DNA from: the human T2T-CHM13v2.0 reference genome, Homo sapiens
Direction: 5' to 3' (one strand)
Assembly (NCBI RefSeq): GCF_009914755.1
Contig: NC_060933.1
DNA: 64,000 nt
Position numbers and translations under genes: made by a program. The first letter of the stretch is position 1, and every line of letters begins with the position of its first letter. Below the pieces are notes generated by a model. That model saw nothing but the letters and a program-made list of their open reading frames with translations. It did not search any database and was not told where the DNA came from. Positions 57,601 to 64,000 of this stretch are shown here, piece after piece.

Positions 57601-60600
57601 AATGGAATTGAATGGAACAACACGAATGGAATGGAATGTAATGGAGAGTAAGGGAGTTGAATAGAATCAATCTGAATGTAATGGAATGCAACGGAATGGA
57701 ATGGAATGGAATGGAATGGAATGCAATGGAATGGAATCAACCCGAGTACAATGGAATGGAATGGAATGGAATGGAATGGAATGGAATGGAATGGAATGGT
57801 ATGGAATGGAATGGAATGGTACGGAATAGAATGGAATGGAACGAATTGTAATGGAATGGAATTGAATGGAATGGAATGGAATGGAATGGAATCAATGCGA
57901 CTTCAGGGGAATGTAATGGAACGGAATGTAATGGAATGGAATCATCCGGAATGGAATGGAATGGAATGGAATGGAATCAACCCGAGTGCAATGGAATGGA
58001 GTGGAATGGAATGGAATGGAATGGAACAACCCGAATGGAATGGAATGTAATGGGGAGTAAGTGAGTTGAATAGAATCAATCCGAATGTAATGGAATGGAA
58101 TGCAACGGAATGGAATGGAATGGAATGGAATGGAATGGAATGCAATGGAACGGAATGCAATGGAATGGAATCAACCCGAGTACAATGGAATGGAATGGAA
58201 TGGAATGGAATGGAATGGAATGGAATGGAATTGAATGGAATGAAATGCCTTCAAACCGAATGGAATGGAAAGGAATGGAATCAACACGAGTGGAATGGAA
58301 TGGAATGGAAAGGAATGGAATGGAATGGAATGATACGGAATAGAATGGAATGGAACGAAATGGAATGGAATGGAATGGAATGGAATGGAATGGAACGGAA
58401 TGGAGTGGAATGGAATGGAATCAACCCGAGTGCAGGGGAATGGAATGGAATGGAATGCAATGGAATGGAATTAACCCGAATAAAATGGAATGGAATGGAA
58501 TGAAACGGAATGGAGTGGAATGGAATGGAATTAACCCGAGTGGAGGGGAATGGAATGGAATGGAATGCAATGGAATGGAATCATCCGGAATGGAATGGAA
58601 TGGAATGGAATGCAAAGCAATGGAATCAACTCGATTGCAATGGAATGGAATGGAATGGAAAGGAATACATTGGAATCAACCCGAGTGGAATGGAATGGAA
58701 AGGAGTGGAATGGAGTGGAATGGAATGGAATGGAATGGAATGGAATCAACTCGATTGGAATGGAATGGAATGGAATGGAATGGAATGGAATGGAATGGAA
58801 TTAACCCGAATAGAATGGAATTGAATGGAATGGAACGGAACGGAACGGAATGGAATGGAATGGAATGGAATCAACCCGACTGCAGGGGAATGGAATGGAA
58901 TGGAATGCAATGGAATGGATTCAACTTGAATGGAATGGAAAGAATGGAATCAACACGAGTGGAATGGCATGGATTGGAATGGAATGGAATGGAATCAACC
59001 CGAGTACAGGGTAATGGAATGGAATGGAATGCAATGGAATGGAATCATCCGTAATGGAATGGAAAGGAATGGAATGGAATGGAATGGAATGGAATGGAAT
59101 GGAATGGAATCAACCCGATTGCAATGGAATGGAATGGAATGGAATTAACCCGAATAGAATGGAATGCAATGTAATGGAACGGAACGGAACGGAATGGAAT
59201 GGAATGGAATGCAATGGAACGGAAAGGAATGGAATGGAATGGAATGGAATGGAATGGAATGGAATGGAATCAACGCGAGTGCAGGGGAATGGAATGGAAT
59301 GGAATGCAGTGGAATGGAATCTTCCGGAAGGGAATGGAATGGAATGGAATGCAATGGAATAAACCCGAGTGCAATGGAATGGAGTGGAATGGAATGGAAT
59401 GGAATGGAACAACCCGAATGGAATGGAATGTAATGGAGAGTAAGGGAGTTGAATAGAATCAATCCGAATGTAATGGAATGGAATGGAACGGAATGGAATT
59501 GAATGGAATGGAATGGAATGCAATGGAATGGAATCAACCCGAGTGCAATGGAATGGAGAGGAATGGAATGGAATGGAGTGGAAACTACCCGAATGGAATG
59601 GAATGTAATGGAGTGTAAGGGAATTGAATAGAATCAATCCGAATGTAATGGAAAGGATTGGAAAGGAATGGAATGGAATGGAATGGAATGGAATGGAATG
59701 CAATGGAATGGAATCAACCCGAGTGCAATCGAATGGAATCGAATGGAATGGAATGCAATGGAATGGAATCAACTCGATTGCAATCGAATGGAATGGAATG
59801 GAATTAACCCGAATAGAAACGAATGGAATGGAATGGAAAGGAACGGAACGGAATGGAATGGAATGGAATGGAATGGAACGGAACAGAATGGAATGGAAAG
59901 GAATGGAATGGAATCAACGCGAGTGCAGGGGAATGGAATGGAATGGAATGCAATTGAATGGAATCTTCCGGAATGGAATGGAATGGAATGGAATGGAATG
60001 AAATGCAATGGATTCAACTCGATTGCAATGGAATGGAATAGAATGGAATGGAATGGAATGGATTGGAATTAACCCGAATAGAATGGAATGTAATGCAATG
60101 GAACGGAATGGAATGGAATGGAATGGAATGGAATGGAATGGAATGGTATGGAATGGAATGGAATGGTACGGAATAGAATGGAATGTAACGAATTGTAATG
60201 GAATGGAATTGAATGGAATGGAATGGAATCAACGCGAGTGCAGGGGAATGTAATGGAACGGAATGCAATGGAATGGAATCATCCGGAATGGAATGGAATG
60301 GAATAGAATGGAATGGAATGGAATCAACCCGAGTGCAATGGAATGGAGTGAAATGGAATGGAATGGAATGGAGACAACCAGAATGGATTGGAATATAATG
60401 GAGTGTAAGGGAATTGAATAGAATCAATCTCAATGTAATGAAATGGAATGGAACGGAATGGAATGGAATGGAATGGAATGGAATAGAATGCAATGGAATG
60501 GAATCAACCCGAGTGCAATCGAATGGAATCGAATGGAATGGAATGCAATGGAATGGATTCAACTTGAATGGAATGGAAAGAATGGAATCAACACGAGTGG

Positions 60601-63600
60601 AATGGCATGGATTGGAATGGAATGGAATGGAATCAACCCGAGTATAGAGGAATGGAATGGTATGGAATGCAATGGAATGGAATCATCCGTAATGGAATGG
60701 AAAGGAATGGAATGGAATGGAATGGAATGCAATGGAATGGAATCAACTCGATTGCAATCGAATGGAATGGAATGGAATTAACCCGAATAGAATGGAATGG
60801 AATGGAATGGAACGGAACGGAATGGAATGGAATGGAATGGAATGGAATGAAACGGAAAGGAAGGGAATGGAATGGAATAGAATGGAATGGAATGGAACCA
60901 ACGCGAGTGCAGGGGAATGGAATGGAATGGAATGCAATGGAATGGAATCTTCCGGAATGGAATGGAATTGAATGGAAGGGAATGGAAACAACCCGAGTGC
61001 AATGGAATGGAGTGGAATGGAATGGAATGGAATGGAACAACCCGAATGGAATGGAATGTAATGGAGTGTAAGGGAATTGAATAGAATCAATCCGAATGTA
61101 ATGGAATGGAATGGAACGGAACGGAATGGAATGGAATGGAATGGAATGGAATGGAATGGAATGCAATGGAATGGAATCAACCCGAGTGCAATCGAATGGA
61201 ATCGAATGGAATGGAATGCAATGGAATGGATTCAACTTGAATGGAATGGAAAGAATGGAATCCACACGAGTGGAATGGCATGGATTGGAATGGAATGGAA
61301 TGGAATCAACCCGAGTACAGGGGAATGGAATGGAATGGAATGCAATGGAATGGAATCATCCGTAATGGAATGGAAAGGAATGGAATGGAAAGGAATGGAA
61401 TGGAATGGAATGGAATCAACTCGATTGCAATCGAATGGAATGGAATGGAATTAACCCGAATAGAATGGAATGGAATGGAATGGAATGGAATGGAACGGAA
61501 TGGAATGGAATGCAATGGAATGGAATCTTCCGGAATGGAATGGAATGGAATGGAATGGAATGGAATGGAATAGAATGGAATCAACCTGAGTGCAATGGAA
61601 TGGAGTGGAATGGAATGGAATGGAATGGAACAACCCGAATGGAATGGAATGTAATGGAGAGTAAGGGAGTTGAATAGAATCAATCCGAATGTAATGGAAT
61701 GGAATGTAACGGAATGGAATGGAATGGAATGGAATGGAATGCAATGGAATGGAATCAAACCGAGTGCAATGGAATGGAGAGGAATGGAATGGAATGGAAT
61801 GGAAACTACCCGAATGGAATGGAATGAAATGGAGTGTATGGGAATTGAATAGAATCAATCCGAATGTAATGGAATGGAATGGAACGGAATGGAATGGAAT
61901 GGAATGGAATGGAATGGAATGGAATGGAATGCAATGGAATGGAATCAACCCGAGTGCAATCGAATGGAATCGAATGGAATGGAATGCAATGGAATGGATT
62001 CAACTTGAATGGAATGGAAAGAATGGAATCAACACGAGTGGAATGGCATGGATTGGAATGGAATGGAATGGAATCAACCCGAGTACAGGGGAATGGAATG
62101 GAATGGAATGCAATGGAATAGAATCATCCGTAAAGGAATGGAAAGGAATGGAATGGAATGGAATGGAATGGAATGGAATGGAATCAACTCGATTGCAATC
62201 GAATGGAATGGAATGGAATGCAAAGCAATGGAATCAACTCGATTGCAATATAATGCAATGGAATGGAAAGGAATACATTGGAATCAACCCGACTGGAATG
62301 GAATGGAAAGGACTGGAATGGAGTGGAATGGAATGGAATGGAATGGAATGGAATGGAATGGAATGGAATGCAAACGAATGGAATCAACCCGAGTGGAATG
62401 GCATGGAATGGAATGCAATGGATTGGAATGGAATGGAATCAACTCGAGGAGAAAGGAATGCAATGGAATGGAAAGGAATGGAATGAAGTCAACTCGAGTG
62501 GAATGGAATGGAATGGAATGGAATGGAATGGATTGCAATGGAATGAAATGGAATGGAATGGAATGGAATCAATCATGGAAGGGAATGTAATGGAGTGGAA
62601 AGAAGGGAATGGAATCAACCCGAGTGGAATGCAAGGCAATGGAATGGAATGGAAAGGAATGGAATGGATTCAACTCGATTGCAATGGAATGGAATGGAAT
62701 GGAATGGAATGAAATGGAATGGAATTAACCGGAATAGAAAGGAATGGAATGGAATGGAACGGAATGGAATGGAATGGAAGGGAATGGAATCAACACGAGT
62801 ACAGGGGAATGGAATGGAATGGAATGAAATGGAATGGAATCATCCGGAATGGAATGGAATGGAATGGAATCAACTCCATTGCAATGGAATGGAATGGAAT
62901 GGAATGGAATGGAATAGAATGGAATGGAATTAACCCGAATACAATGGAATGCAATAGAATGGAATGCAACGGAACCGAATGGAGTGGAATGGAATGGAAT
63001 GGAATCAACCCGAGTACAGTGGAATGGAATGGAATGGAATGCAATGGAATGGAGTCATCCGTAATGGAATGGAAAGGAATGGAATGGAATGGAATGGAAT
63101 GGAATGGAATCAACTCGATGGCAAACGAATGGAATGGAATGGAATTAACCCGAATAGAATGGAATGGAATGGAATGGAAAGGAACGGAATGGAATGGAAT
63201 GGAATGGAATGGAATGGAAAGGAACGGAATGGAATGGAATGGAATGGAATGGAATGGAATTAACGCGAGTGCAGGGGAATGGAATGGAATGGAATGCAAT
63301 GGAATGGAATCTTCCGGAATGGAATGGAATGGAATGGAATGAAAGGCAATGGATTCAACTCGATTGCAATGGAATGGAATAGAATGGAATGGAATGGAAT
63401 GGAATGGAATGGAATGGAATGGAATGGAATGCCTTCAAACCGAATGGAATGGAAAGGAATGGAATCAACACGAGTGGAAAGGAATGGAATGGAAAGGAAT
63501 GGAATGGAATGGAATGGTACGGAATAGAACGGAATGGAAGGAACTGGAATGGAATGGAATGGAATGGAATGGAATGGAACGGAATCGTTCCGAGTGGAAT

Positions 63601-64000
63601 AGGAGGGAATGTATTCGAGTGGAATGGAAAGGAATGGAATCAACCAGAGTGGAAAGGAAGGGAATGGAATGGAATGGAAACTAATAGAATGGAATCAACC
63701 CGAGTGGAATGGAATGGAAAGGACTGGAATGGAATGGAATGGAATGGAATGGAATGGAATGGAATCAACTCGATTGTAATGGAATGGAATGGAATGGAAT
63801 GGAATGGAATGGAATGGAATGGAATTAACCCGAATACAATGGAATGGAATGGAATGGAACGGAATGGAGTGGATTGGAATGGAATCAACCCGAGTGCAGG
63901 GGAATGGAATGGAATGGAATGCAATGGAATAGAATCATCCGGAATGGAATGGAATGGAATGGAATGCAAAGCAATGGAATCAACTCGATTGCAATGGAAT
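48588..64000 (-). repeat. HSat3-type array in inverted orientation, (GAATG)n on + strand
   Basis: The same vocabulary appears reverse-complemented (CAACCCGAGT, CAACTCGATT, CAACGCGAGT, TAACCCGAAT) from 48588 to the window end. The ORF track also flips here, with MEWNG frames moving from - to +. Confidence 0.97.
62350..63800 (-). repeat. Inverted copy of ~8750-10050
   Basis: Reverse-complement markers: GGAAGGAACTGG ~63536 vs CCAGTTCCTTCC ~8995; GAGTCATCCGT ~63052 vs ACGGATGACTC ~9360; CAACTCGATGGCA ~63111 vs TGCCATCGAGTTG ~9259; GAAGTCAACTCGAG ~62485 vs CTCGAGTTGACTTC ~9905. Confidence 0.8.

Noticed and set aside
1-64000. Hundreds of ORFs up to 491 aa (e.g. 23877-25352, 17793-18929, 53106-54185)
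   Set aside because: CATTC/GAATG repeats contain no stop codon in any frame and supply ATG every 5 bp. All products are IPFHS/MEWNG repeats overlapping in all frames, so there is no evidence of coding function.
1-64000. CRISPR-like repeat/spacer array
   Set aside because: The 'spacers' are a small recurrent vocabulary rather than unique sequences, the repeats vary in length, and no cas genes are present.
1-64000. Assignment to HSat2, alpha satellite, DYZ1 or a specific chromosome/subfamily
   Set aside because: The pentamer plus ACTCGGGTTG pattern fits HSat3. There is no 171-bp alphoid monomer and no regular ~3.6 kb or ~1.8 kb unit. Finer assignment needs a k-mer classifier.
48588-64000. Canonical G-quadruplex motifs
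   Set aside because: G3+ tracts are isolated (CAGGGG, AAGGG) and not clustered in fours. Non-B folding of (GGAAT)n is a generic property of the satellite, not specific to this window.

Overview
The whole 64 kb window is non-coding pericentromeric-type satellite DNA. It is a (CATTC)n/(GAATG)n pentamer array interrupted by CpG-containing decamers of the A(C/T)TCGGGTTG family, the signature of human/hominoid satellite III (HSat3). I see no genes, transposons, RNA genes or CRISPR arrays, and every ORF in the track is a translation artefact of the pentamer (IPFHS/MEWNG). The main structural event is one sharp strand switch at about 48583-48587: CATTC lies on + to the left and GAATG on + to the right. 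The join uses an apparent 4-5 bp microhomology and has no inserted foreign DNA. The array is organised hierarchically: 5-bp register, decamer spacers, a recurrent module with 175-bp spacing, tandem duplications of about 0.55, 0.7, 1.3, 3.1 and 5.04 kb, and long-range direct and inverted copies. A perfect three-unit heat-shock element recurs in one module. Chromosome and HSat3 subfamily cannot be assigned by eye. Offsets were read manually from marker motifs, so block boundaries are approximate.
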